From: an uncultured Eubacteriales bacterium
Lineage (GTDB): Bacteria; Bacillota_I; Bacilli_A; RFN20; JAISJY01
DNA: 54,210 nucleotides
Direction: 5' to 3'
NCBI GenBank assembly: GCA_964646425.1
Contig: CAZYEI010000004.1
Span: 1 to 54,210, forward strand
Shown here: piece after piece, positions 9,819 through 21,598 of the stretch
Numbering within the stretch: position 1 is the stretch's first letter
Layout: each line of letters opens with the position of its first letter
Translations under genes and position numbers: made by a program
Notes under the pieces: generated by a model
Database searches by the model: none
What the model saw: only the letters and a program-made list of their open reading frames with translations
Told to the model about the DNA's origin: nothing

Positions 9819-12385
9819 TATTCTTCTACTTTATTTTCAGTAGTTTCATTTTCTTTTTCAATTAATTCTTCTTCAATCTCTGCTTCCACAACTGCAATTG
9901 AAGCAACACTATGTCCTTCATCTAATTTAATAATACGAACACCTTGTGTATTTCTTCCACTAATTGATACTTGTTTTAAATGTACTCGAATAACAATTCC
10001 TTTATCAGTAGTAACTAATAAATCTTCATCGCCATTTACAGCACGCATAACAGCAAGGTTACCTGTTTTTTCGGTAGTATTTACGGTTTTTACACCTTTT
10101 GTTCCACGATTAGTTTTACGATAATCTTCGATATTTGACATCTTTCCATATCCATGTTCACTAATTGCTAAAATATATTTTCCTTCTTGTGAAGTCGATA
10201 CACCAACAACTTCTCCACCATCAACATCAATACCTTTAACGCCAGTTGCTGTTCTACCCATTTGTCTTACAGCATTTTCATCAAATCTTACAACTTTTCC
10301 ATTAGAACTAGCGATTAAAATTTCATCTGTTCCTACTGTATATTTAACATCAATTAATTCATCATTTTCCTTTAAATTAATAGCGATTTTTCCATTTTGA
10401 CGAATATTTTCAAATTGAGATACTTCTACTCTTTTAATAATACCACTCTTAGTTACAAAATTTAAATAATGATTATCATCATAATTATATACACTTAACA
10501 TCGCACGAACTTTTTCATTTTTCTCAATTTGAATTAAGTTTAAAACCGGAATACCTTTAGCTGTTCTTGAATATTCAGGTACTTGATATCCTCTTAAACG
10601 ATAAACCTTGCCAAAACTTGTAAAGAATAAAATATCTGTATGAGTATTACAAGCTAATAATTTATCAACAACATCATTTTCATTTGTAGACATTCCTTTA
10701 ATACCTTTTCCACCACGATTTTGTGCTTTATAAGTATCACTTGTTACTCGTTTAATATAACCATTAGTAGTTAAACTAATAATAATATTTTCTTGTGGAA
10801 TTAAATCTTCATCATCAATTGCAGAAGAATCAGAAGTAATTTCAGTTTTACGAGCATCACCATATCTAGCTTTTATATCTAATAATTCTTGCTTTAAGAT
10901 TTCTTGTAAATGAATATAATCATCTAGAATACGATGTAACTCAGCAATTTCTATTTCTAATTCATTTAATTGAGCATCAATTTTTTCTTGTTCAATACCA
11001 GTTAATCTTTGTAATTTCATATCTAAAATAGATTTAATTTGAATATCTGATAAAGGGAATCTTTCTTTTAAACGACTACCTGCTTCTTCTCCGTTTTTAG
11101 AAGATTTAATAATTTCAATAACTTCATCAATATTTTGGCCTGCGATTTGTAATCCAAGTAAAATGTGTTGACGATCTAAACATTTTTGTAAATCAAATCT
11201 TGTTCTTCTTCTAATTACATCTTCTTGATGTTTAATATATTCATTTAAAATATCTTTAATTGGTAATACTTTTGGTTCACCATTAACTAATACTAATAAA
11301 TTAATTGAATAATTAACTTGTAATTGTGATAATTTGAATAATTGATTCAAAATAACTTCTGCTACTACATCTTTTCTTAATTCAATTACAACACGAATAC
11401 CCTCACGATTTGATTCATCCCTTAAATCAGTAATTCCATCTATAATTTTGTTTTTTACTAAATCTGCAATTTTTTCTATCATTGTAGCTTTATTAACTTG
11501 ATATGGTATTTCAGTAACAATAATTCTCTTTTTACCATTATCCATTTCTTCAATATTACATTTAGAACGAATTGTAATACTTCCATTTCCTGTTTCAAAA
11601 GCTTTTCTAATTCCTGATCTACCTAAAATATAAGCTCCTGTAGGGAAATCAGGACCGTATATATAATTTGACATTAATTCTGATACATCAATATCAGGAT
11701 TTTCCATTACTGCTAAAGCAGCATCAATTGTTTCTCCTAAATTATGTGGAGGTATATTAGTTGCCATACCTACGGCAATACCTGATGTTCCATTAATTAA
11801 AACATTTGGAATACGAGATGGTAGTACTACTGGTTCTTGTTCTTCACCATCATAGTTTGGAATCATATCAACCGTATCTTTATCAATATCTCTAACCATT
11901 TCTTCGGCAATTTTAGCCATTCTTGCTTCTGTATAACGCATTGCAGCTGCAGGATCACCATCAATAGAACCAAAGTTTCCATGACTATCAATCATTGGAT
12001 ATCTTGAAGCAAAATCTTGAGCTAAACGTACCATTGAATCATAAATAGCAGTATCACCATGAGGGTGATATTTAGCCATAACATCTCCAACAATACGAGC
12101 AGATTTTTTATGAGGCTTTGAATGAGTAAAACCTAATTCATTCATTGCATAGATAATTCGTCTATGTACAGGCTTTAAACCATCTTTAACATCAGGAATA
12201 GCACGAGCTACAATAACAGACATAGCATAACTTAAAAATGATGTACGAACTTCATTTGAAATATCAACAACTTTAATTCCATGAGAAGTATGACCATTTT
12301 CTCCAACAGTAGTATCATCACCCATCGCTTCAAGTTCGTCTTCTTGTTGGGCAGCTTCTAAGAATTTTTTACTATCTTCATTCAT
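9818..12385 (-). CDS. gyrA: DNA gyrase subunit A
   Basis: YHPHGD, AAMRYTE, GyrA box QNRGGKG. Confidence 0.98.
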   Translation of the reverse strand: MNEDSKKFLEAAQQEDELEAMGDDTTVGENGHTSHGIKVVDISNEVRTSFLSYAMSVIVARAIPDVKDGLKPVHRRIIYAMNELGFTHSKPHKKSARIVGDVMAKYHPHGDTAIYDSMVRLAQDFASRYPMIDSHGNFGSIDGDPAAAMRYTEARMAKIAEEMVRDIDKDTVDMIPNYDGEEQEPVVLPSRIPNVLINGTSGIAVGMATNIPPHNLGETIDAALAVMENPDIDVSELMSNYIYGPDFPTGAYILGRSGIRKAFETGNGSITIRSKCNIEEMDNGKKRIIVTEIPYQVNKATMIEKIADLVKNKIIDGITDLRDESNREGIRVVIELRKDVVAEVILNQLFKLSQLQVNYSINLLVLVNGEPKVLPIKDILNEYIKHQEDVIRRRTRFDLQKCLDRQHILLGLQIAGQNIDEVIEIIKSSKNGEEAGSRLKERFPLSDIQIKSILDMKLQRLTGIEQEKIDAQLNELEIEIAELHRILDDYIHLQEILKQELLDIKARYGDARKTEITSDSSAIDDEDLIPQENIIISLTTNGYIKRVTSDTYKAQNRGGKGIKGMSTNENDVVDKLLACNTHTDILFFTSFGKVYRLRGYQVPEYSRTAKGIPVLNLIQIEKNEKVRAMLSVYNYDDNHYLNFVTKSGIIKRVEVSQFENIRQNGKIAINLKENDELIDVKYTVGTDEILIASSNGKVVRFDENAVRQMGRTATGVKGIDVDGGEVVGVSTSQEGKYILAISEHGYGKMSNIEDYRKTNRGTKGVKTVNTTEKTGNLAVMRAVNGDEDLLVTTDKGIVIRVHLKQVSISGRNTQGVRIIKLDEGHSVASIAVVEAEIEEELIEKENETTENKVEE

Positions 12386-12404
12386 AGGTACTTACTCCTC
12401 CTTC

Positions 12405-14327
12405 CTATACATCTAAGTTCTCAACAAATTTAGCATTTGTTAAAATAAAATCTTTTCTTGGCTCAACTCTCTCACCCATTAGCATATCAAATACTTGATC
12501 AGCTTCAATAGCATCTTCTAAATGAACTTTTAACATAACTCTTTGACTTGGATCCATTGTTGTTTCCCATAATTGTGATGCATCCATTTCTCCAAGACCT
12601 TTATATCTTTGCAAACTTGAAAATTTAGTATCTTTATATTCATTTCTTAATTTATTCATTTCTTCTTCTGAATAAGCATAGAATACTTTTTTACCAACTT
12701 CAGCTTTATATAAAGGTGGTTGAGCGATATAAACATGACCTTGTTCAATCAATGGTCTCATAAAACGATAAAAGAATGTTAATAATAATGTTCTAATATG
12801 TGCACCATCAACATCGGCATCGGTCATAATAACAACTTTATGATATCTTAATTTTGAAATATCAAAATCTTGACTAACACCAGTTCCAAACGCTGTAATC
12901 ATTGTTCCAATTTCTTGATTTTCAAAAATTCTATCCTGACGAGCTTTTTCAACATTTAAGATTTTTCCTCTTAATGGTAAAATAGCTTGGAATTCTCTAT
13001 TTCTACCAGATTTAGCACTACCTCCAGCTGAATCTCCTTCTACAATAAATACTTCACATTTTGAAGCATCTTTTGACGAACAATCAGCTAATTTACCAGG
13101 AAGAGTAGAAAATTCTAATACATTTTTTCTTCTAGTTAATTCTCTAGCTTTTTTTGCCGCTAAACGAGCTCTTGAAGCAAGAATTACTTTATCCATAATT
13201 AATTTAGCTTCATCTTTATTTTCTAATAAAAATTTTTCTAAACAAGCACTAAATAATTTATTAACAATAGGTCTCACTTCTGAATTTCCTAATTTTGTTT
13301 TAGTTTGTCCTTCATATTGAGGATTAGAGTGTTTAACACTGATAATAGCAGTTAAACCTTCTTTAACATCATCAGCAGTTAAATTTTCATCATTATCTTT
13401 TAAATACTTATTTGCATGAGCATAATTATTAATTACTTTAGTCAATGCAAGACGGAAACCTTCTTCATGAGTTCCACCTTCTTGAGTATTAATATTATTA
13501 CAAAAAGAATAAATATTTGGCATATAACCATCATTATATTGAGCTGCTATTTCAACTTCAATATTAGAATCATCACCATCATAATATAAAACAGTTGGAT
13601 GAATGGCAGTTTTTCCTTTATTTAAAAATTCTACATATTCTTTTAATCCACCATTATATAAAAATGTATCATTTTGACCTGTTCTTTCATCAGTTAAAAC
13701 AATTTTGATTCCTTTATTTAAGAAAGCTAATTGTCTTATACGATCTTGTAATACCCCATAATCAAAAACCGTAGTTTCAGTAAATATTTCTGGATCAGGA
13801 GCAAATTTAACATGAGTACCTGTTAATGTTGTGTCACCCACAATAGTTGGTTTAACAACAATATTGCCACCATTTTCAAAACGAAGAAAAGTTTGTTTAC
13901 CATCTTTAAAAACATTAATTTCAACATATTTTGATAATGCATTAACAACGGAAGCACCAACACCATGTAATCCACCAGATACTTTATAACCGCCACCTTC
14001 ACCAAATTTACCACCAGCATGTAAAACAGTATATACTGTTTCAACTGTTGATATACCTGTTTTAGGATGGATACCTGTAGGAATACCACGACCATTATCA
14101 GTTACAGTAACTTCATTATCTTTACTAATTATTACATTGATAGTATCACAAAAACCTGCTAATGCCTCATCAATAGCATTATCAACAATTTCCCATACTA
14201 AATGATGTAATCCTTTACTTGAAGTAGTACCAATATACATTCCAGGACGCTTTCTAACAGCTTCTAAGCCCTCTAATACCTGTATGTTTTCTTCTGTATA
14301 CTTAGCTTGTGCATGTGTATTACTCAT
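12405..14327 (-). CDS. gyrB: DNA gyrase subunit B
   Basis: [33 protein letters not shown]. Confidence 0.98.
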   Translation of the reverse strand: MSNTHAQAKYTEENIQVLEGLEAVRKRPGMYIGTTSSKGLHHLVWEIVDNAIDEALAGFCDTINVIISKDNEVTVTDNGRGIPTGIHPKTGISTVETVYTVLHAGGKFGEGGGYKVSGGLHGVGASVVNALSKYVEINVFKDGKQTFLRFENGGNIVVKPTIVGDTTLTGTHVKFAPDPEIFTETTVFDYGVLQDRIRQLAFLNKGIKIVLTDERTGQNDTFLYNGGLKEYVEFLNKGKTAIHPTVLYYDGDDSNIEVEIAAQYNDGYMPNIYSFCNNINTQEGGTHEEGFRLALTKVINNYAHANKYLKDNDENLTADDVKEGLTAIISVKHSNPQYEGQTKTKLGNSEVRPIVNKLFSACLEKFLLENKDEAKLIMDKVILASRARLAAKKARELTRRKNVLEFSTLPGKLADCSSKDASKCEVFIVEGDSAGGSAKSGRNREFQAILPLRGKILNVEKARQDRIFENQEIGTMITAFGTGVSQDFDISKLRYHKVVIMTDADVDGAHIRTLLLTFFYRFMRPLIEQGHVYIAQPPLYKAEVGKKVFYAYSEEEMNKLRNEYKDTKFSSLQRYKGLGEMDASQLWETTMDPSQRVMLKVHLEDAIEADQVFDMLMGERVEPRKDFILTNAKFVENLDV

Positions 14328-15415
14328 TACTTTTCCTCCTCTTTAATTACTTTTCCATTTTCAATTAGAAAATATTTTCCTTCTTTATCAATAACTTCAG
14401 TTAATTCCTTTTCATTAGCTAAAGTAATAAAAATTTGATTTCTTTTATATAAATAATTCAATAAATATTTACGTTTATTCAAATCAAGTTCTGATAAAAC
14501 ATCATCAAGAATAACGATAGCCTTATCTCCTTTTAATTCTTCTATAACTTTTAATAAAGCTAATTTAATACTTAAAATCGATAAACGCATTTGACCTTGA
14601 GAACCAAAATTTTCAATTAAATAACCATTAAAATATAATTTCCAATCGTCTTTATGAGGTCCAATAGAAGTTACCATTCTTATTTTATCTTCTTCAAGAT
14701 TTTCATTAAAATATTCTAAAGTAGATTTACTATTTTCTTTTTTATATGTATCATATTTAATTTCAATTTTAATTTTATCATCACCATATAAATTATTAAA
14801 AATAGGTTGCATATTTTTTTCTATTATAGAAATAAATTCAATTCTTTTACTAATTAAATAATCTGCAAGTTCTGCTAAACTATTTGTTAAAACTTCTAAA
14901 TATGATGAATCCATATTTTCTTTCAAACAACTATTTCTCTCTTTTAAAAGTTTATTATATCTTTGTAAAGAAAATAAATATGAAGGAGAAATTTTAGATA
15001 ATTCACTATCTAAAAAATTTCTTCTTTTTTTTGGTTCTTCTGTAAATATACGTACATCACTTGGAGTAAAAACAATAGTATTTAATATTCCGTATATTTC
15101 ATTTATTTTTTTTATTTCATTATTATCTATTAAAATTTTCTTTTTATCATTTAGATAAGAAACTTGTAAATCATATTTACTTATTTCATTTTGACATTGA
15201 ATTTTAGTTAAAAAGAAATTTTCATTTTTTTTAATTATTTCAAAATCAGGGCTACCACGAAAAGATTTTAATATAGATAGATAATTTATAGCTTCGATAA
15301 AATTTGTTTTACCTTGGCCGTTTAAACCATGAAAAACATTAAAATATGGATGAAACTCTATTTTAACTTCATCAAGATTTCGATATTGATTAACTTTTAA
15401 ATTATTTATTATCAT
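14327..15415 (-). CDS. recF: DNA replication/repair protein RecF
   Basis: [29 protein letters not shown]. Confidence 0.96.
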   Translation of the reverse strand: MIINNLKVNQYRNLDEVKIEFHPYFNVFHGLNGQGKTNFIEAINYLSILKSFRGSPDFEIIKKNENFFLTKIQCQNEISKYDLQVSYLNDKKKILIDNNEIKKINEIYGILNTIVFTPSDVRIFTEEPKKRRNFLDSELSKISPSYLFSLQRYNKLLKERNSCLKENMDSSYLEVLTNSLAELADYLISKRIEFISIIEKNMQPIFNNLYGDDKIKIEIKYDTYKKENSKSTLEYFNENLEEDKIRMVTSIGPHKDDWKLYFNGYLIENFGSQGQMRLSILSIKLALLKVIEELKGDKAIVILDDVLSELDLNKRKYLLNYLYKRNQIFITLANEKELTEVIDKEGKYFLIENGKVIKEEEK

Positions 15416-15416
15416 T

Positions 15417-15629
15417 TTATTTTTCGATTAATTGATATTCTTCATTATTGATAATCACGATATCTTGATTATATAATTTTCTACCTCGTCTTTTTTCAAG
15501 TTCACCATTAACTAGAATATTATGATTTTCTAAATATTCTTTTTCACTTCCACCAGAATCAATAATATCAATAAATTTTAATAATTGACCTAATTTAATA
15601 TAAGGTGGTTTTATCTTAATTTGTTTCAT
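15417..15629 (-). CDS. yaaA: S4-domain RNA-binding protein YaaA
   Basis: IKLGQLLK...SGG...VNGELEKRRGRKL; between dnaN and recF; ATG 15629 follows GGAG. Confidence 0.92.
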   Translation of the reverse strand: MKQIKIKPPYIKLGQLLKFIDIIDSGGSEKEYLENHNILVNGELEKRRGRKLYNQDIVIINNEEYQLIEK

Positions 15630-15772
15630 ATTTTCATCTCCAAGCAAAATACCATATTAATTATATCATAAAATATATTTAAATTAAAGTTATTTTAGCT
15701 TTTTTAAAAAATATATATTTTTTAAATAAATAAAAAGAGCCAGTCTTTTAAACCAGCTCTTAAAAGATAAAA

Positions 15773-16894
15773 TTAAGCAGTACGAACAGGTTGAATCAAT
15801 TGAATTATTGAATCATCTTTATTTGATTTAATAACAAATGATTTTGTATCTCCATTTAAACAAAAAGTAATCTCATCTGTTCCTAAGGCTCTAATAGCAT
15901 CAATAACATATTTTGCAGTAAAAGAAATATCTAAACGATCTCCTTGATATGAAAAAGAATTAATTTTTTCAATAACAGATCCAATTTCATTAGAACGAGA
16001 AGAAATAATTAAATTATCAGAAGAAACACTTAATTTAACAAAATTACTTTTTTCTGGAGAAACTAATGATGCTCTATCAATTGCAGAAATCATAGCATTT
16101 GATAATGTTTCTAATGTATGTAAGAAAGTTTCAGGAACTAATTTCGAAGTATTTGGATAAACTGCACTAATTAATCTTGCAGAAATTTTTATATTCGGAA
16201 GATTAAAAACAATTTTATTAGAAGCTACTTTGATTTCAACTTCTTTTTCATTTTCTAGTAAACGTCCAATTTCAATTAAAGTTTTTGCAGGAATAGTAGC
16301 ATTAAAATCGGTAGTATTATCTAAGGTAACAATTTTTTTAGCTAAACGATATCCATCAGTAGCAACACAAGATAAGACATTGTTTGTACAATTAAAATTA
16401 ACTCCAGTTAAAATAGGTCTAGCTTCTTTATCACTTGCAGCAAAAGCAGTTTGTTCAATAATTAATTTTAATGTTATACCTGGTATAACAAATGAACTAC
16501 CAGTAGCAGAAAAATCTATTGTAGGAAAATCTATTACGCTCATTGTATTTAAACTAAAATCAGAATTTGTATCTCTAATTTTCATTAAAGTATTTTCAAC
16601 TAAATCTAATTCAATCAAATCACTATCTAATTTTCTAACAATATCAGTAATATATTTAGCAGATAATATAGCTTCCCCAGCTTCAAATAAAGTTATATTT
16701 GATTCATTATTAGATGTTAAAGGAATAAAAGTACAAATAGATATATTGCTATCAGTTCCAGTAAGAGTCAATCCTAAATCATTTAATTCTAATTTAATAC
16801 CAGTTAAGGTAACATTAGGATTTTTTGAATTAACAGCTCTTGATACAATATTTAAAGCATTCAATAATTGTACTCTATTAATACTAAACTTCAT
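15773..16894 (-). CDS. dnaN: DNA polymerase III beta clamp
   Basis: RPILTGV, ATDGYRLA; directly downstream of dnaA. Confidence 0.97.
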   Translation of the reverse strand: MKFSINRVQLLNALNIVSRAVNSKNPNVTLTGIKLELNDLGLTLTGTDSNISICTFIPLTSNNESNITLFEAGEAILSAKYITDIVRKLDSDLIELDLVENTLMKIRDTNSDFSLNTMSVIDFPTIDFSATGSSFVIPGITLKLIIEQTAFAASDKEARPILTGVNFNCTNNVLSCVATDGYRLAKKIVTLDNTTDFNATIPAKTLIEIGRLLENEKEVEIKVASNKIVFNLPNIKISARLISAVYPNTSKLVPETFLHTLETLSNAMISAIDRASLVSPEKSNFVKLSVSSDNLIISSRSNEIGSVIEKINSFSYQGDRLDISFTAKYVIDAIRALGTDEITFCLNGDTKSFVIKSNKDDSIIQLIQPVRTA

Positions 16895-16899
16895 AAAAC

Positions 16900-17040
16900 A
16901 ATTCCTTCTTTCTTTTTCTTTTTTATATTAATAATAATTATAATAATAAGGCGTGTTGATATGTGGAAAACTATCTTTTTATCACACTTATAATTATACC
17001 ACAAACATAATAATATTACAACTTATTTTACGTAGTAAAA
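16900..17040. promoter_or_regulatory. dnaA-dnaN intergenic part of oriC
   Basis: TGTGGAAAA 16962-16970 and TGTTGATAT 16954-16962 DnaA-box variants next to an AT-rich tract. Confidence 0.65.
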
Positions 17041-17042
17041 TA

Positions 17043-18404
17043 CTAATTTTTTAGACGTTTTTTCAATTCAGTAACAACAACAAAATAATCACTATTTTCT
17101 TTGCACATTTTATTCACTTTTTCACAAGCATTAATAACAGTAGAATGATCTCTACCACCAAATTCATTTCCGATTTCTTTTAATGGCGTGTTTAACAATT
17201 CTCTGCATAAGTACATTGCAATATGTCGAGCAACTGTGATTTTACTTGTTCTCAATTTACTAGATAATTCGTTTACTGAAATATTATAATATTCAGCAAC
17301 AGCAACTTTAATTAAATCGATATCTAAAGTTTTTTTAGATTCGCCAATACCTATGGTATTGAAAGCAACTTTTGCTAAATCAATATCGATTTTATTTGAA
17401 TTAGTAATATTAATAGCAGTAAATAATAATTTATTTAAAGCACCTTCTAATTGACGAACATCTTTAGAAAATTTTTGAGCTATAAAACTTAATACTTCTT
17501 CATCAATTTCTTCATTTAAATTTTGAATTTCAATTTTTTTCTTTAATATTTTTAAAGAAGTCTCATATTCCGGTGCTGAAATGCATACAGTTAAACCAGA
17601 TTGAAATCGAGATACTAAACGATCTTCCAATCCTTTTAATTCAAATGGTGAACGATCACTTGTAAGAATAATTTGTTTTTGAGCATTGATAAACAAATTA
17701 AAAATAGTGAAAAAGTATTCACTTACTTTTTCTCTTGTTGCTAAAAATTGAATATCGTCAATTAAAATAACATCCACACTTTTGAATTTTTCTTTTAATG
17801 CATCAAATCCTTTTTCACGAATACATCTAAAGTATTCATCGATAAATGTATCACTAGATACATAAAGAATTTTTAAATTATTATTTTTTGAACGAATATA
17901 ATTACCAACAGCATGTAATAAATGAGTTTTTCCTAAACCAGATCTTCCATAAATAAAAAGAGGATTATAAAATTTTCCAGGATTTAATGCAGCTGATAAA
18001 GAAGCGGCATGGGATTCTCTATTAGAAGGACCAATAACAAAATTCTCAAAAGTGTATTCTGGATTCAAATTGCTATTGAAATTAATTAAAGAAGATGAAT
18101 TATATTCATCTTTTGTTTCTTTTGAATCAACATTTTTATCAGTGTATTCATCAACTACACTTAATTTAAAATTTGTTTGCGTAACTTTTGAAATAGTACT
18201 TTGTACAAGATCAAATAAAGAAGCGTTAATGAATTCTTTAGAAAATGAATTATTAACTAAAACGATAGCAGTATCTTTTTCGATTGCAGCTAGTTTAGAA
18301 TCCGATAAAAAAGTGTTAAAAACCATAGAGTCATCAATACTTTCCTCTAATTTATCTAAGACATTACTCCAAATGTCTTGTAATTTTAAATTTGATAATA
18401 CCAT
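17043..18404 (-). CDS. dnaA: Chromosomal replication initiator DnaA
   Basis: YNPLFIYGRSGLGKTHLL, LIDDIQF, FGGRDHSTVI. Confidence 0.98.
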   Translation of the reverse strand: MVLSNLKLQDIWSNVLDKLEESIDDSMVFNTFLSDSKLAAIEKDTAIVLVNNSFSKEFINASLFDLVQSTISKVTQTNFKLSVVDEYTDKNVDSKETKDEYNSSSLINFNSNLNPEYTFENFVIGPSNRESHAASLSAALNPGKFYNPLFIYGRSGLGKTHLLHAVGNYIRSKNNNLKILYVSSDTFIDEYFRCIREKGFDALKEKFKSVDVILIDDIQFLATREKVSEYFFTIFNLFINAQKQIILTSDRSPFELKGLEDRLVSRFQSGLTVCISAPEYETSLKILKKKIEIQNLNEEIDEEVLSFIAQKFSKDVRQLEGALNKLLFTAINITNSNKIDIDLAKVAFNTIGIGESKKTLDIDLIKVAVAEYYNISVNELSSKLRTSKITVARHIAMYLCRELLNTPLKEIGNEFGGRDHSTVINACEKVNKMCKENSDYFVVVTELKKRLKN

Positions 18405-18479
18405 AATAAATCTCCCCCGAGACGATAAACATTATAGCATTAAATGTTTACTAATGGAAGATACAAAATTTAAAAAATA

Positions 18480-18810
18480 AGTTTTTCAACACTTTTTCCA
18501 CATATAAAAAATAAATATATTTAATTATAAAACGACTTATCAACATATTAATTTGTGGAAAATTTTTGTTTTTTATAAATGTTATGTGGAAAAATGTTGA
18601 TTTGTTAATAGTTTTCCACAAATAAAAAATTATCAACATCTTGAAATTGTTTTAAATACAAGGATTTTTTTAATAATTAACATCTTGAAAATAAGTATCC
18701 ACATGATGTTGAAAAGTTATTATTTTTGTGTAAAATTATATAATTTATGATTTGTTAATAAACTAAATAAGAAGAAAAAGAATTTCTTTTTGTTAATTTT
18801 CCACAAAAAA
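18480..18810. promoter_or_regulatory. DnaA-box cluster upstream of dnaA (oriC)
   Basis: TTTTCCACA or its complement at 18494, 18554, 18585, 18612, 18797; TTATCAACA at 18537 and 18630; GTATCCACA at 18695. Confidence 0.88.
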
Positions 18811-18835
18811 AATATAGGGATTTGCCCCTATATTT

Positions 18836-19411
18836 TTAATTAATTTTATTATTGATAAAATTTGTTGGAAAACGATTATTTATAATTAATATTGTAGGAT
18901 ATAGCATTAATATTGCTATAAAAGCTAATAAGCAATCCCAACCAACATAAATTGAAAAATTAGCCCAAAAAGATGAAATAAAACTTAATTCATAAACAAT
19001 CATACCAGAAATTGAAGAACATAGAATTCTAATTATACTACATAAGATTATTGATATGCTTAACCACATAATATTTACTTGATGTTTAGCAGATTTATTA
19101 AATGATTTTTTAGTAAATAATCCTGACAAAGCAATTGAACCAAATCCTAACATATAATCGAAAATTAAGAAAATTGGATTTATTGACCAAGAATCAAATG
19201 CCATATTAATTAATGCATAAATTAGACCTATAACTATTGCACTTTTAATAGGGCCATGACGATAAGCCAATATAAATAGTGGTACCATTGTGAATGAGGC
19301 ATGACCGATTTTGATTCCTGATAAATCAAGCACTACTGCTATAGAAAGTAGTAAAGCCATTTCAATCATTTCTCTAACACTAAAAAAGCTCTTCTTTTTA
19401 TTCATAAACAA
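18836..19411 (-). CDS. thiT: ECF S-component thiamine transporter ThiT
   Basis: Multi-TM; EMALLLSIAVVLD, MVPLFILAYRHG, FDYMLGFG, ISGMIVY; preceded by a TPP riboswitch. Confidence 0.8.
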   Translation of the reverse strand: MFMNKKKSFFSVREMIEMALLLSIAVVLDLSGIKIGHASFTMVPLFILAYRHGPIKSAIVIGLIYALINMAFDSWSINPIFLIFDYMLGFGSIALSGLFTKKSFNKSAKHQVNIMWLSISIILCSIIRILCSSISGMIVYELSFISSFWANFSIYVGWDCLLAFIAILMLYPTILIINNRFPTNFINNKIN

Positions 19412-19492
19412 AAAACCTCCTTATAAAAAATAAAAGCCTTTTGTCTAGATAAAAGATAACAAAAAGGACATAAAAATTTTTTATATTTAGTT

Positions 19493-19578
19493 TTCCCCTT
19501 ACGCTAGCATTACCTAGATCAAGTATGGTCGAACTTAGTAACAAAGTTCCTCTCAGCTAGATTCTTCCAGCTCCCAAA
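19493..19578 (-). ncRNA. TPP riboswitch
   Basis: Minus strand GGGAGCUGG...GCUGAGAGG...GACC...UUGAUCUAGGUAAUGCUAGCGUAAGGG carries the THI-box core motifs; upstream of thiT. Confidence 0.9.
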
Positions 19579-19652
19579 GAATATTATATAAAAAAATATT
19601 ATTAAGTTCAATAAATAATTATAAAAAATAATGTAAATTAATTAATATTCAT

Positions 19653-19681
19653 TTGACAATCTTGGCTTAAAAATATATAAT
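19653..19681 (+). promoter_or_regulatory. Consensus sigma-A promoter of rpmH
   Basis: TTGACA(19653)-17 bp-TATAAT(19676). Confidence 0.85.
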
Positions 19682-19717
19682 TTATTCGCGTATAAACTTT
19701 TAATCGGAGGTGTATTT

Positions 19718-19852
19718 ATGAAAAGAACGTATCAACCAAGTAAGAGAAAGCATGTTAAAACACATGGTTTCCGTGCAAGAATGGCTACTCCAAGTGGTCG
19801 TAAAGTATTAGCAAGAAGACGCGCTAAGGGTAGAAAAGTCCTATCAGCCTAA
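19718..19852 (+). CDS. rpmH: 50S ribosomal protein L34 (absent from ORF track)
   Basis: [52 protein letters not shown]. Confidence 0.98.
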   Translation: MKRTYQPSKRKHVKTHGFRARMATPSGRKVLARRRAKGRKVLSA

Positions 19853-19856
19853 CCTA

Positions 19857-19895
19857 AAAAAAGCCACTAGCACACAATAGTACTAGTGGCTTTTT
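19857..19895 (+). terminator. Hairpin after rpmH
   Basis: AAAAAGCCACTAG...CTAGTGGCTTTTT. Confidence 0.7.
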
Positions 19896-19914
19896 ATTGG
19901 AATGAAGACTTACT

Positions 19915-20271
19915 ATGAAAAAAAAATATCGTTTAAAGAAAAATAATGACTTCCAAAAAGTTATAAAGCAAAAAAAGAGTATAGCTTGTCCTACATTAAT
20001 TATTTATCATAAAAAAAATGATTTAGGTTATCCAAGGGTTGGGATATCTGTCAGTAAAAGATTAGGGGGAGCTGTTACCAGAAATAAAATAAAAAGACAA
20101 TTACGTATGATTATAGCAACCTCAATAGATTATCAAATTGGAATGGATTATATAGTAATTGTTAGAGCCCCTTTTTTAAATTTTGACTATTCAAATAATG
20201 AAAGAGATTTTAAATATTTATTAAAAAAAATAATAAAAAAAGGAGAGAAAGTAAATGGGGAAAAAATTTAA
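19915..20271 (+). CDS. rnpA: Ribonuclease P protein component
   Basis: RLKKNNDFQ, RVGISVSKRLGGAVTRNKIKRQLR. Confidence 0.97.
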   Translation: MKKKYRLKKNNDFQKVIKQKKSIACPTLIIYHKKNDLGYPRVGISVSKRLGGAVTRNKIKRQLRMIIATSIDYQIGMDYIVIVRAPFLNFDYSNNERDFKYLLKKIIKKGEKVNGEKI

Positions 20272-21583
20272 ATATTTTTTAATTCTAATCGTATTCGGTT
20301 TCTTATTTACTGCTACTGGATGTAGCACTAGTAGTTTCTGTACAGCACAGGATAAAGAAAATATTAGAAATGCATATGCAGAAAAAATTACTATAGTTAC
20401 AGTTGATTATTATGTTAATGATTATTCAGCAGAAAATAAAGTAGCAATTACAAGTGATTATACAGCTTTAATAAATGAAGAATTTATTGCAAATTTAGAA
20501 GATAATGAAATTTTATCTTTATCAAATTTAAATAAGAAATTTAATGATGAAGGATTTAGTGAAAAATTTGATGCTTTGCATAAAGTGATTGAAACACAAA
20601 TTCCAAATAGTAGTATTGACACATATATTAAAGCATATGAAAAATTAATTGAAGAAAAACAATTTTATTATAAAGATGATGAAGGAAAAGTTACAAATCC
20701 TAAAACGGTTTATTCAACAGCTCAAAAATCTTTATTTGATGCGAATCCACAAGCTTGTTTAACAAATACAAAGTTTGAAGATGTAAGTGGAGCAACAATC
20801 GAAGGAAAAACATGGGGAGATGCATGGGATGAAGGTTTATTAGAAGGTTTGTTTGTTTATCCTATTTCTTGGTTGCTATATACATTTACAAACTTAATTG
20901 GTTCTGGTGGTATTGGCCAAGTATTTGCGATTTTTATTACAACAGTATTAGTTCGTTTGTTAACTATTGCATTTTCAATTAAATCAACAATTCAATCACA
21001 AAAAATGCAACTATTACAACCAGAATTACAAAAAATTCAAGCGAAGTATGCTACAAAGCAAAACGATCCTATTGCTAAACAAAAAATGTCCCAAGAGATG
21101 ATGAAATTATATTCTAAATATGAGATTAATCCACTTAAATCATTGATTACACCATTCTTATCAATGCCTATATTCTTTGCTATGTGGGGAGCTGTAAGTA
21201 GAACAGCTATTATTAGAACAGGAAGTTTATTCGGTTTAAATATGTCTACAACATTAAATACAGGTATCTTTAGTGGAAATATCTTTGCAATTATTTTATT
21301 TATTTTAATGATTGCTGGACAATTTGTTTCGATGAAATTACCTCAATGGATAGCAAATAAAAAGGCATCTAAGAAAATTCGTTTAGAAGATCCTAGAACT
21401 AAGGATATGCCAAATCAAGGAAAAATGATGACTAATGTATTCTTAATTATGATAATATTTATGGGATTTATGCTTCCTGCTGCAATGACTGTATATTGGA
21501 TTGCGGGTTCTGTTGTTTCAATTGCCCAATCATTTATCGTTAATGCATACACAGAGCATCAAAATAAAAAAGAAGAATTTTAA
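20255..21583 (+). CDS. yidC: Membrane protein insertase YidC/Oxa1 with lipoprotein signal and extended N-terminal domain
   Basis: Lipobox-like TATGC; LQPELQKIQAKY, MPIFFAMW, VYWIAG. Confidence 0.9.
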   Translation: MGKKFKYFLILIVFGFLFTATGCSTSSFCTAQDKENIRNAYAEKITIVTVDYYVNDYSAENKVAITSDYTALINEEFIANLEDNEILSLSNLNKKFNDEGFSEKFDALHKVIETQIPNSSIDTYIKAYEKLIEEKQFYYKDDEGKVTNPKTVYSTAQKSLFDANPQACLTNTKFEDVSGATIEGKTWGDAWDEGLLEGLFVYPISWLLYTFTNLIGSGGIGQVFAIFITTVLVRLLTIAFSIKSTIQSQKMQLLQPELQKIQAKYATKQNDPIAKQKMSQEMMKLYSKYEINPLKSLITPFLSMPIFFAMWGAVSRTAIIRTGSLFGLNMSTTLNTGIFSGNIFAIILFILMIAGQFVSMKLPQWIANKKASKKIRLEDPRTKDMPNQGKMMTNVFLIMIIFMGFMLPAAMTVYWIAGSVVSIAQSFIVNAYTEHQNKKEEF

Positions 21584-21598
21584 TTAGGGGGATTTAAA

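Noticed and set aside
16230-16931. 233-aa plus-strand ORF and other antisense ORFs in the track (403, 4417, 5438, 8942, 18052, 22891, 30575, 32163, 33702, 40983, 43777, 44641, 47218, 50890, 51809)
   Set aside because: Shadows of well-supported genes on the opposite strand, with no recognisable motifs
18451-18639. 62-aa ORF upstream of dnaA
   Set aside because: Overlaps the DnaA-box cluster; low-complexity translation
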